DNA from: Octopus sinensis | Lineage: Eukaryota | NCBI RefSeq assembly: GCF_006345805.1 | Contig: NC_042997.1 | Coordinates: 54,312,001-54,376,000 of the forward strand | Length of the DNA: 64,000 nucleotides | Direction of reading: 5' to 3' | Part shown: positions 11,850 to 24,649 of the stretch, piece by piece | Numbering within the stretch: position 1 is the stretch's first letter | Layout: every line of letters begins with the position of its first letter | The notes under the pieces: model-generated | The model's input: the letters and a program-made list of their open reading frames with translations, nothing else | What the model was told of the DNA's origin: nothing | Databases searched by the model: none | Made by a program: the position numbers and the translations under genes

Positions 11850-13493
11850 GTAGATTACTTTATATCTTTTGTGCTTGAATGGAATGTTAGCATGTATATA
11901 TAACTCTGCATATTTTAACCTAAAATTTAACCAACACTGATGTGTGAATTGATGAGAATGTATTTTATACACCCTGGAGTGTTTCTGATGCAATTCTTTT
12001 CCAGTTTTCCCAAAGGGTTTTAAATTGCCTCATATTTTGTTTGTTGTATGTTTTTGAAAATATGTAAATACACAATCGTTTTGTGTGAAAATACAAAATA
12101 ATTTTATTTTTGTTTTCCACAATTTGCCTAACGTTCACAGAATCAGCTGCTGTATGAGTTCCAGTCTATCGTCTATTTCTCATTCGCTGTATTAGCAGTT
12201 AAAATTGTGTATAGCCAAAGAACGTAGTTGTCATGTATTGATGTAACTGATCCAGGATTCTTTCTTAACCCATTTTTCAGCAAGCATAAATTGTAAAGAA
12301 GAAGCTAAAAGCATTTTGTAATCTGAGGAAAGTGACATGTAGGCCATTTATTTATTGTGATCATGAAGATACTTTCAATGTCTATGGGTCCCTATATTAA
12401 ATTTCTGTACATCATAAAGAAGAGAAAATATGTTTAAGAGTTTTGAAAGAATGAGCATTTATATAAATTTGGTTTTATATGGCCATATTATGGCAGCTGA
12501 TAGAGAATGAAAAAACTGGAGAATCCAATGGCTTCACTGCATGATAGTAATATATATTTTGTAAGTAGATCAATATGAGGAACATACTTTTAAACTTGCA
12601 AGGTAACTTTACACAAACAATGATCATGTTAACAATTAAGGAAAACTTTCTACTGCTTACAATGCATAATGCTTTCATTATAGGATTTCAGGGAAAGATT
12701 TATATAACTTTTTTTTTACAGATTTATCTAACCTTATTTACTAAACATTTTGCACCCAAATGGTTATGGCTTAAATATTTTCTAATCCATTAATATTTTG
12801 ACAGGTTATGTTCTCTTAGATCTTTTATTCTGGCAAATCTCATTTCCCTAGAGACTATTTAACTCTAAATAAATAAGTGTACTCGAATACTGATACTGAA
12901 AGTTTCTGTGTATTTTTGTTAAGTAATAGAGAGGTAGTTTAAACTTTTATACTAGTAAAATAATTTTTTAAAAATTGATATAAATGACAATGAAAAATGG
13001 ATGCTTCAGGTCTCTTAATTCTACATATCCTGACAATTCACTGAATTAATAAAAACAGTTTCAAATGTCTCTGAAACTGGAGTAATTAAATTAGACGATG
13101 TATTCATTTACTCAAAACTCAGTCAAAACAGATTTGTTCAGTATTGCAATAATTCATTTCACCAGATAGTATTTGGGTTTTTTTCAATCAATGACATATT
13201 ATGCTTGATTATCAAAAGATGATGTGATCATGAATAAAATGCTTTGATCATCAATCTGCTAGATCAGATTTGATGTGGGGCTAAAAAACAATCACAACTA
13301 GTGACAGATTTGTGTATGCCTATGTAATGCTGTCACCAGCATCCCAGAAATACAGGCATTAAAAATGCCAGCACATGAAATAAACATGAAAAAAAAAAAA
13401 CTTATTTTAATAATGTCATGCATTTGTCTTTTGTAAACATATCAAACGAAATAAAACTAAATGACTGGAAAACAGACACATCTGAACATATTA

Positions 13494-13740
13494 TTTAACA
13501 TCCTCTTTTCATTCTAGTATGAGTTGGATGGTTTGACAGGAGCTGATAAGTCAGACGACTTTGCTAAGCTCTGCTGTCTGCTTTGGCATTGTTTCTATGG
13601 TTGGATGCCTTTCTAATGTCAACCACTTTACAGAACATACTGGCTACTTGTTTTACTTGGCACCAGCAGCAGTGAGGTCACCTAATAACTTGCAAAACAA
13701 GACACCTTCAACTGAGGTGAGCTCGTATTGTGGAAGATGG
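13494..13740 (-). mobile_element. Diverged family B repeat
   Basis: tttaacatcc...ggatggtttgacagg...gatgcctttctaatgtcaaccactttaca. Confidence 0.7.
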
Positions 13741-13920
13741 CTTTGTGTTGGGTGATGAAAGGTTGGTGTATGAATAGAGGTACAGAAATAAGTATCTTGC
13801 AGTAGAGGAGATACATGGCTGCCTCAGTTGGAGAGAGAGAGAGAGAGAAGATTGTAACGATATGATGGGGGTGGGAGTATAGTCAAATTACAAGGGGACG
13901 TATATAAGTGAAGTGGAACA

Positions 13921-13982
13921 TGTGTGTGTGTGCGCGCGTGCGTGTGTGTGTGCGCACGCGTGTGCGTGTGCGTGTGTGTGTG
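13921..13982. repeat. (TG/CG) alternating pyrimidine-purine tract
   Basis: 31 uninterrupted YR dinucleotides, 9 of them CpG. Confidence 0.9.
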
Positions 13983-14489
13983 ACACTATGCCTCAAGTTC
14001 TGAAGTATTCTTAAGCGTTTTTAGACCAGGTGGAGCTGATCCCCTTCAAAGACTGAACACAGTCAGTTTCTTCCAGAAAGGGAGACAAGTAGATAGACAG
14101 ATAGACTAAAAGAAATAGAGAGAAAAAAAGAGAAGAATCAACTTCAGTACAGGACTGGTGCTTTAATTATCAACTCTGCAAGAATTAAAGGCACAGTTCA
14201 CCTTGGCCAGATTAGAACTCAAAATGTAAAGATCCACACCAAATACCACAAAGGATTTTTTTCTGATGCTCTAATAATTCCACCAGCTTTTGTGTATGTA
14301 TTACAGTTAGAAGTTCTTCCTGTTTCCAAGCAAGGTAATAAATTTCCCTTGACCAGACATGTTATCACAGAAGATTGGCAGCATGTGACATTGCTTGTAT
14401 GATGATGATACTCATCTACAACCATTAAAACAAGGAAACAAATACACATGCATGCATGCACACACACACATACATACACACACACACAC

Positions 14490-14610
14490 ATATGGCAGTC
14501 TTCTTTCAGTTTCCATCTACTCACAAAGCTTTAGTCAGTCTAGGGTTATAGTAGAAGACACTTGTCCAATGTGTTACACAGGTGTTTAACACAAAACCAT
14601 TTGGTTGATA
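14490..14610 (-). mobile_element. SINE family C fragment
   Basis: cttctttcagtttcc...tatagtagaagacacttg matches 40700-41113. Confidence 0.7.
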
Positions 14611-15205
14611 CATATATGTGCCTGAAAAAAAGATGAGATGGTCAGAGTTGGAATTCTCTTAACACTGGGTAATCACAGCTGAAATGGTTTTCAACAGCAT
14701 TTTTAAGCACTATTTATGTGCATAGTCAACATGCATAGTATACATGTATTGTCCACATCAATAGAGCCAATAAAAAAGATGGTAGTCTATAACTGATCAT
14801 CGAAAAAATAACATAAAATAAATGATATTCAAAGCATCTGCTTTGAGGAGTATATCAAAAGGCACCTAAATTTCTTTCTTGAATTGATATAGCCTTTCAT
14901 TTTTCCTTGAATGGTGGGAATATTGTCAATGAAATAAGTGCCTGTCAAGTATGGGTGGCAATTTAATTACATGTGTCCCAGAAGGTTGTGTTAATCAAGT
15001 ATGGCTACAGTTCACTGAATGGAACCAGTACAAGAATTATTTTAAAGAACTTTTAGGAATCAAGTACATGAAAACATGTAAGAAAATTTATATATCAGTA
15101 CATACAAAGAAGTTAATGTGATAGGCTAAAATCTGAGAAGAGAATACGCCAAGCATTGTCTGTGGTAGACTGATACTTTTCACATTTCTAATATTTTAAC
15201 TAAAT

Positions 15206-15425
15206 ATAAGGCAGTGAGCTGGCAGAATTATTAGCAAGCCGGTCAAAATGCTTAGCAGCATTTTATCTGTCTTTATGTTCTGAGTTCAAATTTCACCAAG
15301 GTTGACTTTACCTTTGATCCTTTTGGTGTTGATAAAATAAGTACCCATTAAGCATTGGGACCAATGTAATTGACTTGCTCCCTCCACCGAAATTCTGGCC
15401 TTGTACCAAAATTTGAAACCAATAT
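15206..15425 (+). mobile_element. SINE family A, near full length
   Basis: aaggcagtgagctggcagaa...ctgagttcaaat...tgacttta/gccttt...ggccttgtaccaaaatttgaaacc. Other copies: 14152-14290 (-), 19455-19580 (+), 34146-34285 (+), 45372-45570 (-), 62355-62530 (+). Confidence 0.8.
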
Positions 15426-15802
15426 TCTAACTAAATATCAAAGGGAACTCACAGCTTTTACTTTTTCACTGGTATTTACTTTAATTTTCCTTTTAATTTG
15501 TTTTCTTCTTGTTAACAGCATTTTCAACAGTAGTAAGCACGTTCCTGAGTCATTGGCATGTTTGAATTAATATTTAATGCATGTGTGGGTTCTTCTTTTC
15601 ATTTTTAAGGTAAGTATAAATAAAAAACACTAGGATTTTTTTTTTTTCTATTTTTACTGTTTTGCATGAGCTAGTTGATTTATTTGTTAGATTAATTGTT
15701 TTTACAGCTGGGTTTCTTACTACTCACTAGGAGTAAACAAAGTTAGATGCCTTTGTTAAGGCACTGCACAATAACTAGTAAGGTATGAAATTTTGATCCT
15801 GC

Positions 15803-16360
15803 AGTTAGTTAGTTAGTTAGTTAGTTAATTATTTGGCTCAAAAAGCAAGAAGCAAGGCCATGTAGGGGGACATGGAGTTATGTACAGGGTGGTGTTCATG
15901 CAAAGAGTTCAGGCCATTTGTGGTCAAAGGAGACTTTGAACCGAGTGGTCGTTGGCATCTTCACTATCTCGTCTGGCAGCTTATTCCACGGATCCACAAC
16001 CTGGACGGAGAAAGCCCCTCTCCTTCGACTGAGATGAAATCGTCGCAGATAGAGCTTTTCGGAGTGACCCCGCAGCCGACGCTCTGGAGCAGGAGTGAAG
16101 AACAGCTCTTTCGAGAGGTTTCCGCTTGTGATGTTGTGAGCAAGAATGAGATCACCATGGCGGCGGCGTTTTTCTAGAGAATAAAGGTCGAGCGTCTTCA
16201 GCCTTTCTTCATAAGACAAATGCTTGAGACCAAGAACCATGCGAGTAGCCAGCTTCTGGACTCTTTCGAGATGCTGTATGTCTTTGAGGAGATAAGGAGA
16301 AGAGGCTTGAATCCCGTACTCCAATATGGGTCTCACCAGCATGACATAGAGCAGTAGGAA
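15803..16360 (-). mobile_element. CR1-clade LINE ORF2 C-terminus with intact 3' UTR and (AACT)n tail
   Basis: LVRPILEYGIQASSPYLLKDIQHLERVQKLATRMV...LYSLEKRRRHGDLI...RGHSEKL...VVDPWNKLP is a typical CR1 ending; the open frame suggests a young copy. Confidence 0.9.
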
Positions 16361-17155
16361 TATGGCTGCTGTAAGCATTCTGAATTACTATCAACAATGG
16401 CCACAGTCAGATGACTGAAACAAGTAAAAGAATAAAACAATTCAAATAATTTAGTTATCATTCTTTTTTAAAAAATATTTAATCAGTTTTCAATGTTATT
16501 AGTCTGTTTAACCCTTTTGTTACCATATTTCTGTTGAAATAAAACTACTTTGTTTCAGCTAATTTTGAAAATAATAAAGAATTTACTAAAATATCTTAGT
16601 CATTTCTAAAATTTTTCTAAGAGATCAACTCAGTAGTTGTACTGACAAGTAGTATTTTTAGCCACTTTAACATGGCTGTCCATTTGAACGGACTCTACTG
16701 TGGTTTTTAACTGGAAAGTGGAGGTGGGAGGAGGACATCACGAATCAGCTCATCTTTCCTGGGGATTGTAAAGCTTCATTTGCGTTCATACACACACACA
16801 CAAAACACTCACACACACATGTATACTGTAGTACACCAGAGCACTATATACAATAAGTTCATTACCACTTCTGCAGTTCCGCTCGCTATGAAACATATGA
16901 AGCCTGGATCTTTCCTTATTCCATTCCATAACTCTTGTATTCTTATTCATACACCTGGCAATCCTGGTCGCCTACTGTGAAATATAAAAAGAACTTTTTC
17001 CAGTTTATCATTCTTTGATACATAAAAATCCACAACCTTCCGTCTCTATAAACGACTATTGTCCCTGAAAGTTGTTTTTTCATATTTACTACAGATTGCT
17101 TGAAGCTAACTTTCTTCCTACACCTCAATCCGTGGAGCTTACATTTATATATATA

Positions 17156-17520
17156 TCTCTATATATATAAACGGCAAAATGTCTGTGTGTGTGTATCCTT
17201 TATACAAATCCACAATTTTTCAGTTAGAGGGCTCGCACTTTCTATGGTCATTCAAAACCGTCCAAGGGTGGTCGTGCATATCTTTACATTTCCCCAGTCA
17301 CCCCGTAAAGCCATTAAAAAATCAATAGAAGTGACTTTTTGTGAATTTTCTATCCAAAACCCAATCAAAATGCCCAAAACTTGATACGCCAATTGAATGC
17401 CAGCTAGCTGTATGTGATTGGTCGGAGATTTGGACAGTACTCGCGTGTATGTGCACACACACACAGCTGTATATGCATGCACTAGCACTATGACCCGGCG
17501 TTGCCAGGTCATAGTGCTAG
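17156..17520 (+). mobile_element. Complete non-autonomous Helitron (365 bp)
   Basis: A|TC...CTAG|T; 3' hairpin ctagcactatgacc-cggcgttgcca-ggtcatagtgctag; no target-site duplication. Confidence 0.85.
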
Positions 17521-18149
17521 TAAATATATATATATATAATCATTATTAACATAAATACATTTGTGATTACATATATTTATATATGTATGGGTATGCATAT
17601 ATATGTGTGCATTTTGCAAGCATTTATATCATTGCATGTGCAAATCTACATGTCTGTAATGCACTTATTGCATGCTAAATTTTGAGAATGTTTTATATAT
17701 TTTTAATACCTTTATCAGCTTGTAGTTTGCTAGCTATCCATCTTTTTGGCTTTGTGAAGCCCAGCTTGTGAAAATTGTTGGAGAATCAGTTAGTTATGTA
17801 TCTATAAGTAACTGTTTAATCCAAAGTTATAGTCCAGGCGTATGTATATGTGTATGCATGGATGTGGTTGCATGTATGTATATCTATGCATTACATATAA
17901 ATGTGTGTGTTTGTGTGTGGTATTATTTGCATAGGAGTGAGCTTTGTTAGAGGGACAGCAAACATGCTGTTGATATAGAAGAAGAAAAGAAAATCTTGGG
18001 ATACACTTGATTTAATAAGGTATGCAACTATGAGAGTCTCATCAATGCAGTCTGATTGGATATTCCCAATCATAGATTTAAAAAAAAAGAACCCCTTGGG
18101 GAGGCAGCTTATGCATACCAGATACAATCAAATGCTTTTCTGATGTTAT

Positions 18150-18900
18150 GTGCAACTATATAATTCTTAACTAATTTCTCAAGCATAAGAAACAACCAAT
18201 TCAAATGCACAACAAAGCCTTTAGATTAAGGACATAGAACAAAAGATTGGTTTTCTAGAAATACATGTAATTTTGTTGAGATGAGAGATAGATTGCAAGA
18301 TATGCAAGGTACAAAGGTGTTTACTTTTCTGAAAGTTGTCTTGAAGGCATTGTTGAGTAAATTTATTCCAGTTAGTCGTAAAGAGTGACTCTCTCCTAAT
18401 GTTCTAGATAAAATTCTTCATCTGTACAACAACAAATGAATCACTTGGCTGTGTTAAGCAGTGAGATTTGGTTGTGAGAAGGTTTTAAAGGGACATATCT
18501 AGGAGACTTGGCTTCAGTCACTTGCTTAGTCACCTCAGAGATGTGGAACGCAGTTGCTGCCAGAAGTTGAATGCATAAAACTAGTAAAGTTCCAACCAAG
18601 TAAATGGCTTTGAGTAATAGAGGACTGAAGGTGTTGTATGGTAAGAGAAATTAAGGCATGTTCCTTTAATTAATCAGTAGTCATATAATACAGTACATGA
18701 AAAAACACTGATGGCTAGTTTAGGAGCTGAGAAAGAGGTTGATGCTTGGATTACCATTCTGTTGTGATAGATGAACTTAGATGAAAGTAGAAGAGAGACT
18801 TTGATCCAGAGAAATTATAGTTATTTAGTGCTAAACTTTAGGTAATAGATCAATGGGTTCTACATACACACAAACACTATCTTTTGAGGCAAAGATAAAA
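18150..18900 (-). mobile_element. Very degenerate LINE endonuclease-region relic
   Basis: Only faint peptide traces across frameshifts; higher GC than flanks. Confidence 0.3.
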
Positions 18901-19303
18901 TATAGAGTGTATGCCAGACAGATTTGTCCTAGAGAAAAATAAAATATTGAAAAAATGTGATTTGTTCATTAGTGACGGTTCATATTGAACTAACACTCAT
19001 TGATATTAATGTAGAGAATAAAGAATTAACTTTGGAATTTTGAGTTGTTTTACTAGACGAGGGGGAAAAAATGAGTTCTTGGACCAGTATTAATTCCAGA
19101 GTTGGAACCATTTCATTTCAGAAAAACAGCATGAATAACTGAACTTTCTATGTTTATTTAATTTATTATGAATAATGATACAATAAAATACCTACTTTAT
19201 GTGGTCAGTGTTGTTGTTATATATATATAATGTATTGAGTATTAAAGGAAGTAGTGAGTATTTAGTATGAAAGATTAAGAAAATGAGAGAGACTGAAACA
19301 ACG

Positions 19304-19446
19304 TGTTAACGATACGAGATACTTTATTCGACTGCCATTGTTGTACAAGTTAATTGTTTTGGCGGGAAACAAAGTGAAAGTCCTTTTATCAAGGGAGACA
19401 ATGGGCGACGTTGATTGTTCATGTTTGTTGTGATGATTATATAACA
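19304..19446 (-). mobile_element. Small solo-LTR-like element
   Basis: TGTTAA...ATAACA termini; AATAAA on the minus strand about 20 nt from its end; CpG-rich; no target-site duplication seen. Confidence 0.4.
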
Positions 19447-19677
19447 GTCAGTACCCACCCTACATTCTGAATTCAAATCCAACCAAGGTCAATTTGCCTT
19501 TCATCTTTCATAGGTTTTTCAGATAAGTACTACTCACAACACTGTTGCTCAGTTCGAAATTTTTGGTGTTTTGTATAAGTTTTTATGATTTTGTTCTGAA
19601 CATTAATACTTCTCTGTGTACAGATAGTACAAACACATCTTTTAAACAGGTGTTAATGTCCATTTATTTTTTTGTAG

Positions 19678-19885
19678 CTGGAAGGTGATATACAAAGAAC
19701 GGTGTTCTGCAAGATGTGGACCTGGACGTCAAAAGCAAAAAGTTCGCTGTGTAAAGACTTCTGCTACAAGTTATGAAATAACTGATGAAAAGTATTGCAA
19801 CCATCTTCCGAAAACTCATAATGAAATCGTACCATGTGAAGGGAAATGTCTGCAAACACATTGGGGATATGATAATTGGTCTGTG
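19678..19885 (+). CDS. ADAMTS9: ADAMTS exon 12: TSR3
   Basis: WKVIYKERCSARCGPGRQKQKVRCVKTSATSYEITDEKYCNHLPKTHNEIVPCEGKCLQTHWGYDNWSV; phase 2 to 0. Confidence 0.94.
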
Positions 19886-20236
19886 GTAAGTCACAGTAGA
19901 AGCTTAGCACTATTCCATCAAACTGTACCATCATGGCTGTAAAGTTAAGAAGTTTGCTTTGCAACTAATGGTTCTTGGGTTCAGTTCTACTGTATATCAT
20001 CATAGTCTTAGATGGACCAGTACCCTATGATTAGAATTTGATTGAGAGAAACAATTTTTTTTTCAACTGTGCTCTTGGCCTTTTCAAATCCTCTAAGACT
20101 AGTAAGGTCATCACAGCTAATCTTGCAAATGTTCCTTTTGAAGATTTGCAAGTTGATAACTGCAAAAGAATAATAATGGGATTTTGAATGGATGGAGGTG
20201 TGAGGAATAAAACCAAACCCTACAACATACCCATAG

Positions 20237-20713
20237 CACTGTGTACCATTTTTTTTTTTGTCTTTGGTCAGTAGGTGTTATTTCCTATTTGCTTCTATCT
20301 AGAAATGAAAAGAAATGACTACTATTCCCTTCAGACTTCACTTTTGTGACTTGGACATCAATGTTTTGAAACCGACCTATTTTCCATTACATTTCAGAGT
20401 TGCTCAAGCAGAAATATCGTCATAGCAAATATTCTGCTCAATACCACAGATTTATTTGTCAGTTGATTGACCATAACCACTTGAAGATGTCCCTTCGTGG
20501 CATCTCTGATCATAAGCAGGACTAGTGGAGGAGTATCGTAGCCATGTGTTGAGAAGGATTTTTTGGGGCTTGAATAAATGTAACAAAAGCAAAGTTTGTC
20601 AGAAATATTAGCCATTTTTCATGCTTTCTAAGAGTAAGCAAATACGAAATATCAGTTGCCACCCAAAGACAAGAATTGATAAAGTATGGATCAACACACA
20701 TTGCAATTGTGTA
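20237..20713 (-). mobile_element. MITE of about 480 bp with long imperfect terminal inverted repeats (copy 1)
   Basis: Reverse complement of 38238-38718 along its length; arms share tgttatttcctatttgctt-type sequence. Confidence 0.8.
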
Positions 20714-21097
20714 ATCTGACAGGAAGAGGCAATTTTATTTTTCTCATGAAAATACAAAACAAAAGATTTCTAGTTTGCAAAATATCGTGTTGTGTGTATT
20801 TTTATGCGTGTTTGTGTATAAGTATGGAATCTCTACGATGAGGGAAAACCATTTGTCAGGACATATCAGGAACAGATGGTAAAAACTTAACTCCCATTTC
20901 TAGTAAAAAAAAAATTATATAAATACTGAAGTATAAATAAAATGAAATCTGAAATGAAATGCTTCTTCTTTTATGTACATTGTCTAGTGCTGCACTAGTT
21001 TTGTTGTTGCATGTTGAAAAACATCCAAGTAATGTATGTAAACAATGTCAAAAATCTTGTTTATATACAGTATTGTTTTTTTTTTTTTGGTTTTTAG

Positions 21098-21262
21098 TGC
21101 AGTAAAAGTTGTGGTACTGGAATTCAAACAAGGCGGTCTTATTGCTTGGATGACCGAAACAAACGACTTCCTGATACAGAATGTAATATTCAAAATAAAA
21201 TATCCCAACAAATTTGTAACGACCACCGATGTGCAAGCTGGACATTTGGAGATTGGAGTGGC
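21098..21262 (+). CDS. ADAMTS9: ADAMTS exon 13: TSR4
   Basis: CSKSCGTGIQTRRSYCLDDRNKRLPDTECNIQNKISQQICNDHRCASWTFGDWSG. Confidence 0.95.
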
Positions 21263-21339
21263 GTAAGTTATCTCCCTTACTCAAATTTATTTTCTTTCTT
21301 ATTTTTTCCTTTTTTTTTCCTCTCTTTGCATTGCTAAAC

Positions 21340-21810
21340 TGATGGAATCCTGTGTCAGAGAAACTCACAGCCTTATCCTCGCAGTTTGGATTTATCCCCA
21401 ACTCCAGCTGCTATGATCAACTTATTGAGTTTCTTGAAGACATCACATGGGTCACTGATGGCTGCTCATGGATGGATGTTGTTTACCTTGATATTGCTAA
21501 AGCTTTTAATTCTGTGCCACACAAAAGACTTATGGTAAAACTCTCTGCAACGGGTGTGAAAGATGATCTTTTTTAAGTAGTTGGAGTCCTTCATTCTCAG
21601 CCAAAAAGAGATAGTCATGGTTCTAGAACAGCATTCTTCACCCTTATGAGATGTCATCTGGTGTACCACAGAGATCTGTTCTTGGTCCCCTTTTGTTTGT
21701 TGCATACATTAATGGCATAGATGCCGACTTAAAGAATGCCACAGTGCTGAAATATGCAGATGACACCAAGCTGTACCTTGAGGTAAAAAGGACAGATCCT
21801 GAACACTATA
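21340..21810 (+). mobile_element. CR1/L2-type reverse transcriptase fragment
   Basis: QFGF, YLDIAKAFNSVPH, GVPQRSVLGPLLF and YADDTKLY motifs, broken by stops and frameshifts. Confidence 0.9.
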
Positions 21811-21821
21811 GATCTTACACT

Positions 21822-21891
21822 GGCGTATGGTGTAGTGGTTAAGAGTGCGGGCTACTAACCCCAAGATTCCTAGTTCGATTCAAGGCAGTAA
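21822..21891 (+). mobile_element. tRNA-derived SINE head or tRNA pseudogene
   Basis: A box TGGTGTAGTGG (21828-38), B box AGTTCGATTC (21872-81), loop CT-ACT-AA; stems imperfect. Confidence 0.7.
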
Positions 21892-22647
21892 CTTTACGTC
21901 ACTGGAAAAAGGATATATATTTGCAAAGGGAAGCCTACTTTTCATCGACAACCGTTGATTGTCACATGCTGATGACGGGTCAATACTCAGAAACTCGAGT
22001 CTGTGTGTATCATAGGTTGAAGACGGGAAGGATGGCTTCCCTTTACAAATACTGAGAGGGCACAGAAAGTGTGTCAAAAGCCAGCTGGAGGAGGTGTCCT
22101 CCTGGGGCTACAAGCTACAGTAGCATCCACCCTTAGAGGTTAGCCACATTTAAGTGGCAAATATACTTCACGATGTCATGCAGCTACTGTTTATACCTCA
22201 CTCAGAGATTTATTAAATATAGTTTTGTTTTGGTTTCTTATTTACACAATTTTTATGAAAATTTTTTAATACTTCTTTATCTGAAGCATTCTCTCATCCA
22301 CTACTCTCAACATTTATGTGCTTTTAATGCTTTTATATTATACATTTTCTATCCTTGCTTGAGTTGGATAGTTTTTGAATTTTTTGATATATATATAAAT
22401 TGTTGAATCAGGTAAATGAAATGCCAATATTTCTTAGATTAAGGCTTAAATTCATAAACTTCCAGATAAGTGATGTTAAATACTCTAACTGCTTATGAAT
22501 TGTTTAGTTCACTTCTAAAATATATTTATTGTATTTTAATATGCTCTCACAAAATGATAAAAACTGGTAAATGTGTTTGGTGAAAATGTATTTGATAAAT
22601 ATTTAATTTCTAAAATGATTCTGACTTAATTCTTTGCTATTCTTTAG

Positions 22648-22815
22648 TGTACAGCAACATGTGGTTTAGCCAAAAAGCACAGAGATGTCTGGTGTCAGAA
22701 TGATGTTGACCAGAAGATCCCTGATGAATTTTGCCATAATGCTCATCGACCAAAGTCTTTCATTGAATGTAACCAAACTGAGTGCCCAGTATGGTCGTAT
22801 GGTCCATGGAGTGAG
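22648..22815 (+). CDS. ADAMTS9: ADAMTS exon 14: TSR5
   Basis: CTATCGLAKKHRDVWCQNDVDQKIPDEFCHNAHRPKSFIECNQTECPVWSYGPWSE. Confidence 0.95.
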
Positions 22816-22935
22816 GTAAATATTCTATAATAAAAGTTATATAATTCTCAAGTTTATTTTTGAAAATTTTTTTTCAAAACGTATCATATGCCTTTTCTAA
22901 GTTAAAATCCAGTGTCAATGATGAATTTCAGATTC

Positions 22936-22936
<1 letters not shown>

Positions 22937-22966
<30 letters not shown>

Positions 22967-23230
22967 AATTATTGTATACTGTGCTCAGGCACACCACAAC
23001 TTGTCAGAAAGTGCGTATAAAGTACATGCAGTAATGTACAAATGTCTGGAAAGCGAACAATGTATGAGTCAGATACATGCTTGTGTGTGTATGGAGGGGA
23101 GAAAGTCAGGTGTAGTGTTGGCGAATCTCAGAAAGCATGGAAGTTTTGAAGGCTGCAGTGCTCCAACAACTAACAACTGATGCCGGCAGTTTGTTCCATG
23201 CTTCAGCAACTCTCAGCGTGAAAAAATTAG
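22937..23230 (-). mobile_element. LINE-like 3' end with (ATT)n tail
   Basis: Homologous to 1063-1230. Confidence 0.55.
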
Positions 23231-23902
23231 GCCAACCAGAAACATCAAATATCTTGGCAAAGTCAGTGTAATCTGGTGATTTATTTGAAGCAATGTCATT
23301 TCAGTATACAAATTGAAGAGGAATAAAAGCCACTTAATGATGTAAAGTTGAAGAAAAATTAATTATTCTATACTTCAGCTTTAATGATACCTAATCATAT
23401 CCTGAAAAATTAAAATACAGCTGGGCAGTAATGCAATACTAAAGAACATATGCACATCAATTGCCAACACTTCATTGCATTTGAATATCACAGCCCACAT
23501 ATTCATGCTGTGTATCTATGTACATCATAACAGTTTTGGTATTATTTACAGCATATTGTTCGTTTCAAATTTTTTAGTTTAAGATAAGGGTTTGTTAAAA
23601 CCAGAATATTGAAAATTTGTTTTCTACAGCTTTACATGTTTTAGTAATTTCCTGTTTAAATACCTTTAAAGATGGAAGCAATGTTCACACAATCAGTATG
23701 TCACTTAAACAATATATTTTCAAATTCTGAATCCATTTTTCTTAATAGTTTGGTTTTGAAGAAGAGGTTGTGTCCATGGCTCTTTCAGCCCATGTTTTCT
23801 CTACAGATAATCCAGTAACAGAAGTTCAAGCTGAACATCAATTACATCAATTTATCCTGTCAGATAGGGCCTACACAGTCTCTGTTCCTTGCATTATGTA
23901 AT

Positions 23903-24063
23903 TGTTGTGTGGACGCCCCCAGACAATGAAGTAGGCTAGCCCAATACGTAGATATAGAGGGAGAAGTCTAGACATCAGACTAGTAGCAGAGTAACAGTCG
24001 AAGTAGAGAGTCGAGTTGAGTAGAAGGCATCCGAACGTGCGACATAACAGTGGCGATGAGGAT
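23903..24063 (+). mobile_element. Short LTR (23903-24049) plus primer-binding site for tRNA-Ser(GCT)
   Basis: TGTTGTGT...ACATAACA termini, then g-TGGCGATGAGGAT; matches 12/13 of TGGCGACGAGGAT, the complement of the tRNA-Ser(GCT) 3' end as I recall it. Confidence 0.7.
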
Positions 24064-24179
24064 TTCTTAGCTCACACAGCCACTGTGTAGTATTGCAACA
24101 TAACAATAATGCAGTTGTGTGTATATTTCTTTAATAACAATATAATTGTCCTCTACACATTAATTTTGTTTATTTTCAG

Positions 24180-24398
24180 TGTCCAAAGACTTGTGGCATT
24201 AGCTGGAAAAAGAGAGCTGTGCAATGCCATACAGTAAACCATATATTAGTACAAGATGAACTGTGTCCTGTTCACCAGAAACCAGTTACTATGCAACAGT
24301 GTAGAATAACAGAGTGTCGAGCACCAACTACAATTCCCCCTAGAAGCAGCATTAAACAAGAATCTACATTAAAGTGGAGATATGGTAGTTGGACAGAG
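24180..24398 (+). CDS. ADAMTS9: ADAMTS exon 15: TSR6 plus linker
   Basis: CPKTCGISWKKRAVQCHTVNHILVQDELCPVHQKPVTMQQCRITECRAPTTIPPRSSIKQESTLKWRYGSWTE. Confidence 0.94.
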
Positions 24399-24649
24399 GT
24401 AATCTATATTCATTTATTCCCATTTGCAAAATGGTAGTCATTTTTAGAACATGAAATAAGTATCACATCAGAGACATATTTCCTGCTCACTGATATTGAT
24501 GAAATAATGTATCTGATTAGGCCTCTGTTTATGGTAGCCACCCAATGCGGAAACCACTGTGAAGTTACTCAACCTGCAAGAAATAGCACCCAAATCTCAT
24601 TCATAACATACCCTGCCAACTTAAAAGAAGATATTGTATTCTTAGACAT

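Noticed and set aside
20391-20600. Acceptor-like atttcag followed by AGT TGC TCA as a possible extra TSR exon
   Set aside because: No TSR cysteine pattern follows; it lies inside a MITE; exon 12 joins exon 13 cleanly.
21822-21891. Functional tRNA gene
   Set aside because: Acceptor and anticodon stems do not pair properly.
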